Source of the DNA: Callorhinchus milii
Lineage: Eukaryota
NCBI RefSeq assembly: GCF_018977255.1
Contig: NW_024704742.1
Location: forward strand, 15,934,001-15,998,000
Direction of reading: 5' to 3'
DNA length: 64,000 nucleotides
The translations under genes were made by a program, and so were the position numbers. The number at the start of each line of letters is the position of its first letter. Positions within the stretch are counted from its first letter, which is position 1. This document shows, one piece after another, positions 50,130 to 63,324 of the stretch. The notes under the pieces are model-generated. The model was not told where the DNA came from. It searched no databases and saw only the letters and a program-made list of their open reading frames with translations.

Positions 50130-50476
50130 TTGCTAATGGAGAGTATTGGAGACTGTTGCCTTCAGGTACACATTTCGTAAGTGCTCAAGCTCCAGGCCAC
50201 TCCCGTGTTTTAAAGAAAATATTTTTACCAGCAAGGATGAAAGAGGCAGGTCGTGTGGACTTCATTTTGCAACGCCTGGAGCCTGATCCGGTTGATGTCC
50301 TTGTTGATGAAGGAGTAGATGATTTAGATCTGATGGAGCACTTAGATAACATTGACCACAGACGTGGAGAGCCTGATGATGAATATTTCTCACCCCAAAG
50401 GGAAAAGCCTTGGTGGTGGTCCTTCTTTGTTGTTATAGGAGACAACGCACCAGTTTGGCTCTTGAGGGAAGATTAA
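50130..50476 (+). CDS. CPZ: CPZ coding exon 11 (last); total CDS 1938 nt = 645 aa
   Basis: gactctag|TT GCT AAT GGA GAG TAT TGG; GEYWRLLPSG...LPARMKEAGRVDFIL...KPWWWSFF...WLLRED* (TAA ends 50476). The PWWWS tail is CPZ-specific. Confidence 0.95.
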
Positions 50477-51114
50477 ACTACCAATATTGCCACCATATCA
50501 AGTGGAGTGTATATGTTACTGAGATGGCATTTGTATTTCCTGTGACTCTTTCATTGTCTTAGATTACTTTAAACCACCTTGATAATGTAGAAAAGCAATA
50601 TCTTTTTGAAACATTCTTATATTTTAGTCTTGCATAGAGCAGGAATGGTTATGAGCACTGAATATAAGGGATCGTCATATATCACATCACAGTACATGTA
50701 TTACAAATTGAGCACTAGCCAGCCCTCCTGCATTGGGTGTGAATGCTGGTAAAACTGCCAACATGTTGTGGTGCACATTATGTATCTGTAATGAAGAGGG
50801 TGTTTTTGGAAAGAGAATTATCTTATATTCTGCCTTGATAATTAAATATATGGAAAGTTTGAGTTAAGTTGCGAATTTTAACAAATGACTTGCTTCGGTG
50901 GAATAAATATTTACTTCTTTAAGGGCAGCTCATCACACTGTTAATATGACGATTGCTACATCAGTATAGTGCTTCAGATCTGTCTAATGAATGCAGTCCA
51001 TACATAATGAGAGTGATGCTGAGCAGTGTTGCCCATCAGGAAACTCGCAGACTTCCTGGTACCTAGCAACCACCTAGTTGAGGGCTCAAAGACACACGCT
51101 TGTCGGATGTCAAA

Positions 51115-51705
51115 CATCTAGTGACTATCCTTGGAGTGGAGGTAAGCGGGCTCTACTGAACTGACTCCAAGGTGATGTATTTGGCAATGGAATGTTGAAA
51201 TCGAGCTATCCCCTCTGTGTTGATCTGGGTAATCCGGTGCCTGAGCCATGCGGGTCTGCAGTACTCCAGTGTAATGCTGATGACAGCACAGCCAGCCTGG
51301 GTCATCAACACGACTTGGAAGGACAGACCAGTCACTGGGGACAGGGAATCAGCCCACTCTACTCCTGTTCACCCTGAAAGCCAAAGCTCAAACTGGAAAG
51401 GTGCTCCTAGTAGGACAAGCAGCGGGAAAGCTTGTCAGACAGTGCTATCAATGGCAAGCTTTGCGGTTTAAGCTGGTTAGACCCAGTAATACCCCATCGT
51501 ACACTCTGGGGTCCCCAAGCCAACCTGCGCTAATACTTCTCGCAATTATTTAAACAGGATGTGTCTTCCAGAGAGAGGGCGCATTCCATTCCAACAATTA
51601 TCTCTGGAATTTCCATGTGTAGGTAGGATGCATGGAATTCTCAATTTGGTTTGGATACTGTTAAACATTGTGATGTGTCAGACACCCGGCTGAACCCCCC
51701 CAAAA
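51115..51705 (+). repeat. unclassified ~600-nt interspersed repeat (other copies 38795-39370, 23060-23280 plus 23607-23630, 57862-57955)
   Basis: Shared blocks CATCTAGTGAC, GCGGGTCTGCAGTACTCCAG, CTGATGACAGC, GAAAGCTTG, CATTCCAT, GGATG-ATGGAA, GGTTTGGAT, CACCCGGCT and an A-rich end. Confidence 0.8.
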
Positions 51706-52263
51706 ATAACACTGAGCAACGACGCTTTACAACAACAACAAGATTACATTTGTGTAGCGCCTTTCACGTCGGGAGGACGTCCCAAGGCGCTGAAATTCAG
51801 ACACAAGCTCAATTTATCCAACCACAACCTCAGCCAGAATTTAACTGCATGCAAGAAAAAAATTTAATTTGCATGATGGGCAGAAGAAAAAGTTTGCCAC
51901 CAATTGATGCGAAACATTGAGTCCTTCATAAGTGAACATAAACAATGTTTATTTTCTTTCTTGTCTTATGAATATAAACTTTATACTACAGGCAAAACAT
52001 TAGCAAATAATACAACTTAAGTTAGTCAAAGCTAGCCATGTGGAAGTATACCTATTTAAGTTGCACTCATTTTATTGCTATAGTGACTTTTTTTTCAGAG
52101 TTTTAGCCCTCTTAATAAGCTTCCATCTCCTTGTTAAAAATGTTAGTACTCCACTGTTAAAAGTGCAATTTACAAATGTTAATTATTTACCTTTACTTTG
52201 TTTTTTGTGCTGTAATGTAATTGTTTCAAATATATCAATGGCAAATATAATTTTCTTAAATAT

Positions 52264-52269
52264 AATAAA
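52264..52269 (+). terminator. candidate distal CPZ polyadenylation signal (proximal alternative AATAAA at 50902-50907)
   Basis: AATAAA ending an AU-rich, UTR-like block (51930-52290), with a U-rich stretch downstream. Confidence 0.4.
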
Positions 52270-53524
52270 ATTGAATATTGTTTAATATAAAACTGGAGAA
52301 TGTTTTGTAAAAACCTTTTCTTGCAAGTTTTGCTTGAAACATCCAAGCTTCAAAAATACTGGGGGGAAGAAACATTGTAACACTGGTTTCTATTGTGGAT
52401 TCGAGACCACATCAAGTTTTGAAATCATAATCTAGAATGACTGCCAGTGTAGTACTGAGGGAGCATTGTTTAAAATCCTGCCCCTCAGGTGAAATGTTCA
52501 ACCGAGGTCTTGTAACCTGGCTGTGGTGGTTCAGTTCACAAGAGCACAAGATCATCTGATAGCATCTCTCCAGAATACAACCTCACTGTTCTCCACTCAC
52601 AGCATCAAACTGCTTCTTAAATAAGTGTCCTGGCCTGAATCATCCTTCCTGGCAGCCTGTTCCATTCATTAATTATCTAGGGAAAGAAAAACTTCCTTGT
52701 ATCTGTCCTGAAATTGCCTTTTGCAACTCTAATTTATATCCGCTTGTTTGACTGTGGGTGCATCCTAAAGTATTGTTCTGGGTTTACTTTTTCAATTCCA
52801 TTTAAAATGTGGTGGATACTAAAGATCCCATAGGATTAGTTTGAAGAAGGAGTTTCCCGATATTGTTGCCAGTATTTATCCCTCAGCCAAATTCATCAAA
52901 CAACTAGATTTATCGGTTCTTCATTTTTTTTGTTGTGTACTGTGTTTCACTACATGGTAACAGTTATTACACTTCAATTAACTTTTGTGAATCTCTTCGT
53001 GATATATGAAGCATATAAAGTACAGTACTCAGATTTGTTTGAAATCAATCAGAATTATAGAATAACTAATGGTTTCAAAACTTTTCTAAACATAATTAAA
53101 TAAAAGTGACAAATGGAATGAATTGGTCACCATTCACCTGGATGTGTGCAGCAAAAATAATACCCGAGAAGCTCAAACTATCCATGATCTGTGCAAGAGT
53201 TATTTTGGTTGAGACCTCTCATATTGTCACAGCGTGCTCTTAGAACATATAGAAAGATATAAAAGGATGTCACCTTTCAGAGTGCTTACTAGTTGTCTGA
53301 GTAAGGGAAGGAGGTTGGAAACAGAGGAGAAAGAGAGAGAAAAAGATGGGAGAAAAGTTTTAGAGAAGGAAAAGGGTAGGTGAAAATTCAATCCCACCCG
53401 CTTTAACTCAGTTGAGTTAAAATTCCACCAGGGTCTAAATTTAGTCTACTTATGTAACATTTTAGAGGTTGCAGAGTTTGGCAAATTGTTGAATTCAGAA
53501 AACATTGAAGCAGGTTTCATGTAA

Positions 53525-54689
53525 TGCACAGAAGCAGGAAACCAACTTCTGTTTCATAATGTTTTTTTAAAAGTTATGCATCATACCTGAGCAATGGTAT
53601 TCACTACAATACATTACAATTTGCATAGCTTGAGCTCTTAAACTTAATGCAGAATTTGTTATTAATTATTTCAAGATTAAATTACCTTAATGGAAAGAAG
53701 TCAGATGCAATGCAAAGAAAATAACTTACAGAAAGTGGTTTCAAAAGGTATGAGGTGTTTAAGATGTAGAAAGATATTTGAAACCCAAACTTTATGGAGA
53801 AAGGGCAGGGAAATTGAACTAGACAATTAAAAGAGCTTCCATAAAATTTATAAAACGGAGGAAACAGACTTGATCCAATCTGTAGAAAGTCTTGTTCTTA
53901 AGTGCTTTGAGAAGACATTCTGAATTTGAGCTTGATTTGTGTGTGAGGGTTCTGAATGAATAACCCATTAAGGTCCAGGTCACCGGACAATGCAATTTTG
54001 CAGGGGTAGATTAATAGACAGAAATATATTAATCATTGTGGAGTCCTGTAGCTCAGTGGTTAGAGCACTCGCTTTGCAAGTGAGAGACCTGAGTTCAATT
54101 CCAGGGAGTGCGAAACCTTGGGCAAGTTTCCTTACTCCACACACCTAATAATAATCCCTCCAAAAACCAAAAACAATAATAAATTGGTCATTTTCAATCC
54201 ATATGACTGTTTGTGGGACATTGCTGTGCGCAATTGGCTGCCGCATTCGCCCACAAATATACAGTCAAATCACTTTACAGTGTGTTCTGTGAAGCGCTTT
54301 GGGACGTCCTCCTGACGTGAAAAGTGTTATATCAAATGCAAGGATTATTATTATTATTATTATTGTGTGTATGTGTGTGGGGGAATTTCATTTTTTTTTG
54401 CCCAGGGATGTCAGTTGATATATTTTTTATATTAAAACAAAGGAATTCATTCCCAGAATTAAAAAGGTCAGTCACATAATAAAATGGCCTGGAAGTGCAC
54501 ACAGGCAGAAAACCAACTTCTGGTTCACGGTGTTTTTTTTTTAATTTTGCATCATAGCTGAGCAATGGCATTTAGTACAATACATTGCAATTTGCATGGC
54601 TTAAGATCTTAAATTTAATGCATCATTTGTTATTAATTATTTCAAGATGAAATTAGCTTAATGGGAAAAAGTCAGATGCAATACAAAGA
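53525..54689 (+). repeat. diverged direct duplication of ~195 bp (53525-53718 and 54496-54689)
   Basis: Colinear alignment by eye, including an identical 24-mer ATTTGTTATTAATTATTTCAAGAT. Confidence 0.9.
54039..54364 (+). mobile_element. young tRNA-derived SINE (Deu-domain type, L2-like 3' end, (ATT)n tail), full length; reference copy
   Basis: Head GGAGTCCTGTAGCTCAGTGGTTAGAGCA (A box) ...GAGTTCAATTCC (B box); body TGTTTGTGGGACATTGCTGTGCGCAATTGGCTGCC; tail GCAAGGATTATTATT. Confidence 0.92.
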
Positions 54690-57600
54690 GGCTCAGTCGT
54701 TGGCTTAGTGAACTGGTTGCAGCAGTAAAATTTATTGATGTCGTGCCACAGTTAATTACTTACAATTGACTACTTAATAAAGCAATCAGAGACTAAAATG
54801 CCTTCCAGGCATAACTAGCATATCAACAGCTGCAGCCTATTATAACACAGCGATGCAAGATGCCGTGCAAAGCCAATCTGTACATTTCTGGACAAAATTT
54901 TCAGACAAAAAAGGAAAACTCCAGCACAATAAAATGCCTCCACTAATTAAAACAAATCTATGGTTATACTTTTTATGCTCAGTTTGATTTTAAATCTGTG
55001 CCTTGCTAATTGTTGGGCACAAATCCATTTCAAGCTGAGGGATGATATTGCTGGAGAATGGAACACATTTCTCTTTGCATCTGAGGACTGTATCAAGGGG
55101 TATTATGCAGAGTAGGGGTGAAAACATGGGACTGGACTCAAAGGTTGATCCCAAATGAACTTGGCAGGTTTGATCAGGCTGTGTTACAATGTGGCTTTAA
55201 ATGGATCAGTTTTAGTTGGCTTTGGTTCTCTTGTATACAGCATAAAAATGGGCCGCAAACTGTTTGTTTTGAAGCCACATGGTGATCAGGCATTACGTTC
55301 AAATGCTTAGCTGCTGATTTTCTGATCAGCTTGCACTCACAGACTGATACTTATCTGTAGTCTGTCCACACTATTCTCTTCCCCCAGTTCAGTAATGTTC
55401 TCAACTAAGTTCACCAAAAGTGTTTCCCACAACTTGCCTTTCACAAGCATTTCCTTTTGGTCTCTGGAAAACGAAGTTCATCCTACAAAATGCATACTGC
55501 ATATTACTAAAATTTACGGTTACAAAGCAAATCATGTAATGCATTAAGTTATTAATCAAATAAAAAACTTATCATGTCAACATTAAAATATGGAAACAAT
55601 TTAATAAGATGACAGATCCTGATTAACATAAGTATTGGAAGTATGAGGGTATAGCAAATTGGTGGAAGAGGATAATGGGAGAAGGAAAAGAAGAAGGATG
55701 TTTCTTGCATACAATCAGAAGATAAATGATAAGGTGTCATTAACCTATAATTAAAGTGATAATTATTGAGCTACAAATAGATAATTAGAGTCATGCAGAA
55801 TTGAATAGCAGGTTGTAAGCAGCAGTTGCACAGGACAACTCTGGCCAGCATAATATCGCAGAGATCATTACCCTGTTTTGTTCACAGTATCGATGCAATA
55901 AATCATCTCAGTGAGGATAATACAAGCAAAGGGTACTGTATCTTTTCGACTTGCCAATAAATTAAACCACTTTGCTGATGGGTTTCACGTTGCATATCTC
56001 TCACTTTTTATATGAGGTTTAGTGCAATTTAATAGCTCGTTGCAGTTATCTCATCTGCTTTTGTTTTTCCATCCTCCTCCTAGTAATAGAAATCCACAGT
56101 CTGTTAATGGTCCATAAAACAGCCTCATTTAAATCATTTTCAACCTCTTTTTAATGTTTTTCTGTTCCTCATCTATACCATTCTATTATTTTGTAAAATA
56201 AATTGATAAACATTTGAAGAACAAAATGTAGAAGGGCATGGAGAAAGATAAATTAGAAAGTATAGCTCCAATAGGGGAGACAGCTCCAGTATATGATGGA
56301 CCAAATGATATCCTTCTGTATTGAGATTTCCATGATTTTTTACCAATGGGAAAGTAACAAGCTAAAGGTTGACCAGTCAGCAACCAATTTTGTTCAAACA
56401 TGGATCTGCCTGGACTTGACATGCGCCACAGGTTGGCCACCACTGGCTTAGCCTATATGAGTTCCAAGTCTAGACATGGGCATGAACCCATAAACTTTTT
56501 GACTCAGAGGTGAAAGTGTTACTACCCAAGCTAGGCTGACACCCAGTAAAGTTTGTATATAATAATCCTTGCATTATGATATAGCATTTCAACGTGCTGT
56601 CAAGACATCTCGAGTCTTCACAGGATATACTGTAAAATGTAGTGACTGTATTTGTAGGTAAATGTGGCAGCCAATTTGCACACAGTAATTTCCCACAAAC
56701 AGTCAATGATGAGTGACCAATTTTTTTGGGGATCACTGGCCAGGACAAGAGGAGAAATGCCCTTCTCTTTTGAATGGTGCTGTGCTATCTCCACTTAAAA
56801 AGTCTGATGGGACCTCAGTTTAACATCTCATCCAAAGGATGACACCTCCAACACTGCACTGGAGTGCTGGCTATGACTTGTATTTGATAAGGTGCCTTAG
56901 TAGAATAAAATAAAATAAACCCTCCAGGGTGTCTTTGATCAATATCTTGAAATCTCTTATTTCCATGCTCAATGTCCACCACAATAACAGCGAAGGGCTA
57001 TGAGATGTTCGTTGATATGAAAGCTCCTACATAATTACAAACCATTATTGATAATTAGATGGTCTATTTGGCAGCATAACTGCATTGAGAGTTTCATGTC
57101 AGATGAGTAACCTGCTGCCTTTGGGTTACAATAAACTTTTGTTCATTCTCCAATTTGTGTCTTGCACTCCATTCAAACTTGGTTTGGGGCAGAGGGTTTT
57201 CGGGAAACACAACTGTGATTGATAACCACCTGGGACTCTAGTGAGTACCATCGGAAATACTTTGTGAAGATATTTCTGGGAGCAAGTAAACTTTTCAGAA
57301 ATTGAAAGTCAGCATTCATTTTAAATTTTTTTTGATGAAGCAGCAATGGACTTAAGTGTTTTTTCTCCCCCAAAATAATGTTTCTGAAAGTTACTTAATC
57401 TACTTTGTAAGTGCTAACCTTAACACTTGAGTAACTGTTTAAGGGCTGTCACTTGGATTGAGCTAACAGCTTCAAATTCAATTCCGAATTTTACAGAAAT
57501 TGGCAATATAGTGAAACTAGAACACAATGTGACTTGAATTTGGCTAGTTTGGGCTATAGCGAACTTGTAGAAACAATGACAATTTGCATATGCCTGTCTC

Positions 57601-59974
57601 ATTTTCTAAAAGAATATCATACCATACCAAGTATGTAAAGATCTGTGCATTTGGAATGGCAAGTTGCCTAGCCTACCATAAGTTTCTCAATGGCAGTGAT
57701 AAATATGCGGTTCATGTGTGTTCATTTTCATTGTTTAGCCTGTTACTTTGATATCAGTGTGGTCAGAAGGGGATTTGTACTGTTTTGATTATTTGGGGAA
57801 GGAATTGGAAACCAAGCTATATTCCATGTTCCTTAGTGTAGGGACAATGTTCTTTTAACACCTGTGGGATGTATGGAACTGTGTTTGCTTTGGATACCCA
57901 TGAGCCTGGTAATGGCTTTCCCCATGAGTCAGACACCCAGTTGACCAAAATAAAACATAAGTCAAAATGACAGACCTTGTCCTTCTCATGATATTTGAAA
58001 TAGATAATGGACTCTGTTGTTTTAAAGATGGTTCACTTCCCATAAAGACTGAGTAAGAACTGTAGGTGTTTGGACGTACACACTGAATTCGCATCTGAGA
58101 CTATGGCACAGGCTGTGTCTACTTTTTAACATGTTCTCAGAAATTTAGATTAGATTTATATTAAGATTTGAAAGACTTTGAGTGTTGTGGTGTAGTCACA
58201 GGCATTTATGTGATCAAGAGTAACAACAACAACAACTTGCACTTATGTAGCACCTTCCACGCAGGGTAACATCTCAGAGTGCTAAAACAAGGCTTGCTTA
58301 CAAATAATAAAATCACTTTGAAGGATCAGTGGTCAGCCCAAATTAAATACATCAACTAATTTAATGGCAAACAGCAATAAAAAACAAATGAATTGAACTG
58401 GGTGTTTCTGAAAATTATATATTTAAGAGCTTTGAAGTATCTTTTATGGTGGTGGAAATTGTCTCAGAACACATCATCATTTTGGTATATTGCAAATAGG
58501 AACACCAATGTAAAAGCAATATGGATTTATGAATCGGCATCTTTCGATTCTTGATATATTTTCATAGAGCCAAAACCAACAGCTTCTTTAATATCAGCAA
58601 AGTGTATCATTTATTGGAGACAATAAAAGATATCACCCCAGATTTTTAAAACATTAAAGGGGCACTGTCGTTGTGAAAATGTGATCTGCAAACATGTTTG
58701 TAGTTCAGGCAGGAAGGAGAGGACTGTGCATTTTTTTAAATGACAGGAAGATGGTATAAAACCAGCAGACAATTGATGGGCCGAGTATCCTGATATGTCA
58801 TAACATTCTGTAATTCTGTGACTGAATATTACTTTTGTCCCCCCTTGCAAATAATTTGATTTGTTTTGAGGCCCTTTATGTCATCACGTTGTAGGTTTGT
58901 AATCACACAAAAAGAGGTTTGCCTTTTTTGTGTGTAGGGAGGTTTTTAAGGATCAATAGAAGGCTTTTACATAGAAATAATCCACTTTGAGGCCCTGATG
59001 AATGAGTTAAAGATAGACATTACTCACTCTAAGACTCACTCCAGATATTCTGTATTTGGCCAAGACAATGTCCAATTATTTGACTTCTCGCTCAGGCTCC
59101 ACTTCTCAGTTTAAAAAAATGCTCTTTTTCTTTGGCAATGTGTATCAATGCAATCATAAATACGTCTTGGCAACCTTTCACAGGCAAGCTATGATCAGGC
59201 CAATTACAATGGCTGACTGCAACTAAAGTAGAAAGAGGCCAGTGAATGAAATGATGGTAATCATATTAATTGTCCTGTATTGCATTTGATAGATTAGTGG
59301 CAGTGAAATGAGAGATCAGCTTAAAAATTTGAAAGGTATTCCACAAAGCGAAACTTTATATGCAATTCCTAGGTGCTGACTCTTTTCAGTCACTAAACAC
59401 CCTTTTCAACTTGATATTCCTTGCACTGTTTTGAATATACCCTGGGTCAATCAAGTCAGTCAAGTCCTGTCTCTTGCATAATGTTACTGTAAGAACATTG
59501 GACATTTCAGTATTGTCAGAAATCAGAACTTATAACTTTAATAATTAAAGTGCTGGCACTTCCATGGAATATCAAGATCCCTGCTGCTATTTTTATTTAC
59601 AAAAAGTGTCATGCATTGTGATATTGAAACAAACTTAATACTATACCAATAGTCAGATGTCAAGGATGGCTTAGTTATTCTAATATTATAGCCACTCATG
59701 CAACTAAAATAGACGCAACTTAAAAGATAAATAGTTAATAATAATAATAATAATAATAAACCTTTCATTTGATATAGCACCTTATCCCATAATTGAGATA
59801 TCTCAAAGTGCTTCACAGGATATACTGTAAAGTGGACGAAACCCGGCAGCCAGTTGTGCACAGCACAGTTCAGTTAATAAATCAACTGCCAGTGTAAAAT
59901 TATACTATACATATCTGTGAAATCCCAGATATGATCTCTGGTCTGTGTTTAGTTAGCTAATACTACTACTACTA

Positions 59975-60240
59975 TTAATAATAATCCTTGCATTTGATAT
60001 AGCACTTTTCACATCTTCTAGACGTCTCGAAGCGCTTCACAGAATAGACTATAAAGTGAATTGACTGTATATTTGTGGGTGAAATGTGGCAGCCAATTGT
60101 GTACAGCAGTGTCCCACAAACAGTCGTGGATTGAAGTGACCAATTTATTATTTTTTTGAAGGATTATTATCAGGCGTGTGGAGTAAGGAAACTTGCCCAA
60201 GGTTTCGCCCTGCCTGGAATCGAACCCAGGTCTCTCTTGG
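59975..60240 (-). mobile_element. SINE nested in an older, different SINE-like element
   Basis: Reverse complement of consensus; head degenerate. Confidence 0.85.
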
Positions 60241-62835
60241 GTAGGAAGAGAGTAGGAGCTGCAGAGAACTATGATGCCACTAATATAAATATCTTCCTGC
60301 TGCTCACTTCCTAGACTCACACACAGAATTGGCCAAGTTATCTGTGGGCAGGTAGTGTTTATGAAACTGTACCCCAGCATAAGTCAATGCCCTTTGGGGG
60401 AAAGGTTGAGGAGAATAATCACAAATAATAAAATGTGAATAAAATCACAAAAAAGATACTTTTTCACAGCTCTTCCTTTCCAATTTTTTCCCCATCTTCC
60501 TTTAACCTCTCATTTATTTTTTTCTAATAATAATAATCAGAACCTTTGTATTTGATATAGCGCCTTTCATGTCAAGAAGGTATCTCAAAGTACTTCACAG
60601 AATTAAGTCACTAAACAGAATTAAGTTTAGTGACTTTGTATTTGGCAGGGTGAATGCTTAATTTTCTCTTTTATAGTACATTGATTTTAATTTATTTATT
60701 AATGTAGATTTTTTTTAAGGTTAAATGTTCTGATTCCTTTTTCCCAGAGCCTCCGGACATGGCGAACACATCATATAAAACTGGTCTCTGATGAGTTCAG
60801 ATTAATACTGACTATTCAGTCCTTCATAACTAGTTCCTGAGTGAACTTTCCTGAATTGTCAAAGAAGATGGATACATTGTTAAAATATCCCAATATATTG
60901 TTAAAGATTGACCTTCTACACCAAGTACACTAACACCTGTCCCTGAGACTTCCTTGACGTTTGACACATTTGACATTGAAGGTAAATGGTCTATGGTTGT
61001 AAGATTATACCTTTCATTCCTTTGTCTGGAAAAAAAGCTAAAAGTTTATTTGACTTCTACTTGAATGAATCAACAGGACCATGAAAGAGGTAGCCCAGGG
61101 CATCAGCAAATTCACTCAATAGGGCTTCAAGCTCCTGAGCCTTTATCACACTGGAACCAATTTCTGGGATGATGCATCTTAAAAAATTGTTCACCTTCTC
61201 CTGCGACATTTTGATGCATTTCAATAAAATATTTGGTACTTTTCCTTCCTTGGTTTTCAGATAATATTTTAACAAGTCTGGCATTCAATAATACTATCTT
61301 ATCCACACACTTGTGGGATAGGGCCACAGGAGGAGGAAATAGTGATTATTTCAGGAGGAGGAAATAGTGAGATCTAATGGATGAAAAATGTCCTCAAGAA
61401 AACAGTGTGACTGATGGCATGATGCCAGAAAAAGCAACTAATGGTATAAACTGCATCTCCAGCACAAAATCACATGTACATCATGCCAATGTGTGGGATC
61501 TTGGTTCTGAGACAGTCTGGACAGAGGCAAGGCCTTCTGAGTCTATATGTGGTGAATGAGGTTTTGCTACTGAAGACACAGTACACACCGGAAACATCTT
61601 TCCTGGAGTCAAGACACCAATAATGGTTTCACTTTCCTCAGGATGAATTTATCAACCCCACCCCATCCCACTATCCATCTGAGTAGCCAGCACTATCATC
61701 TCTAGTTCAGAAGATTGTGGGTTCAAGCCATACATCAGGATTTGAGCTCATGATCTTGCCTGACACCTTACTGCAGGATGTTGAATTTCCAACAGTGCCG
61801 TCTTTCAGATGAAAAGCTAAGCCACGATAGATGTTAAAGATGCCATGATCTCAAAAAGAGAAGGGAGTTCCTCATAGCATCCATTCATTGGTTGTGCACT
61901 TTAGGGGCTGCTGAAAAAGCAACAATTATTATCGTTATTCAACCAAGTGAATTGGCCTGTGGTAGCTTTTTCTCATTTACTGAGATAAAGCTGGTTGTCT
62001 TCAAATGGTGGTCTTTCCAGCAATCCAGCCAAAAAATGATTGAATTCACCCAACCAAAGAAAGCAAACTGATATGATAGACAGCCCTTGGGACTTGAGCA
62101 CACAACCTTCTGGTCTTTGAGTCAAGAATACCTATTGATTGTAATTTCAAGACATTAATTCCCAAGAAGCTAATAAATTAGCTGAAGTTTTAAATGAGGC
62201 AACTTGAAAATAAATGGAGAACAGGGTCAAGTAAGGATTTAAAAGAATTATGTCTCCATATTCATTTGAAAATAAAACCGACAGAGGCAGTATGGAATTC
62301 AAGCATCATTTCAATCCTACTTTACATCTGTTATAGTTGCCTAAGCATTATGGCGCAGTTTGTGGAAAAATAAAGAACAAATTCTAGTAATTGTATCAAA
62401 TTGTCTAACATTATAAAAACTTGCACAAAAATCATAAATCCATAAATTCTTGAAACTGACAATTATCAGCTGAAGTTCCAAGGCATTACCTATTAATAAC
62501 TACTATTTAAAGAATACAATAGATTTAATTCATCAATAGGTTCATTTTACCACCGCCCTCCCCCCACACCCTCAATCCACTGAAAAAATGAACATTCATC
62601 TCATGCTTGTAGGACCTTGCCATGTGCAAAATAGCAGTGCCATTTGCCTAAAAACAATCCATTTGAAACTAACTATTATAAAAGTATTTTAGGGCATTTC
62701 AGTGTCATGATTGAAATTGGCTGCGGAATTGGTAGGACAATACTGCCTGGTTTGAACATTCATCAGGGAATGTTTGATTCCAAAATATGTAGAGAAGTCT
62801 CGAAGATGTGATAAGGTGCTATATCAAATGCAAGG

Positions 62836-62872
<37 letters not shown>

Positions 62873-63324
62873 GACAGAAGAGTTTCCTGTTGCAAACACC
62901 TATTTTTGATTATAACTTTGTAAGTGTTAGCAGTGTATATCAGAGATTGGTAACAGTTAATGTTTGGTACTGGTCACACTTAGTGACTGATGAATGTTCA
63001 GAAGTATTCAAAGTAGTTTAAAAATACATAAACTATTTAACTCTCCCAATAGCTCTGAGTGGTTGTCACACAGTTTTCCGCAAGCAAATGTAAGAATTAA
63101 ATTGCTCTATATTTTTTAACAGCAATATGAAACATATAATGTTTTATATATTTATAGCAGTTCAATAATTTGAAGTCTTTTTTAACCAAATGAAAGTTCA
63201 ACATTATTTGTTAAGCCTGTTTTTGGAGGGGAGTGGAAGAGTTACTTTAGTTAATCACAAGGTCATAAGACTGATTTGAATGATGAGGCCATTCATTCCA
63301 ATTGATTTTATTCTTTCTGAATAA

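Noticed and set aside
54039-54112. tRNA-like sequences with A/B boxes (many copies)
   Set aside because: Each continues into a SINE body and (ATT)n tail; these are SINE heads, not tRNA genes.
60748-60981. Exon-like segment with good acceptor and donor, containing CTGATGA
   Set aside because: All three frames are closed; no GAAA partner or stems for a hammerhead, and no convincing C/D snoRNA layout.
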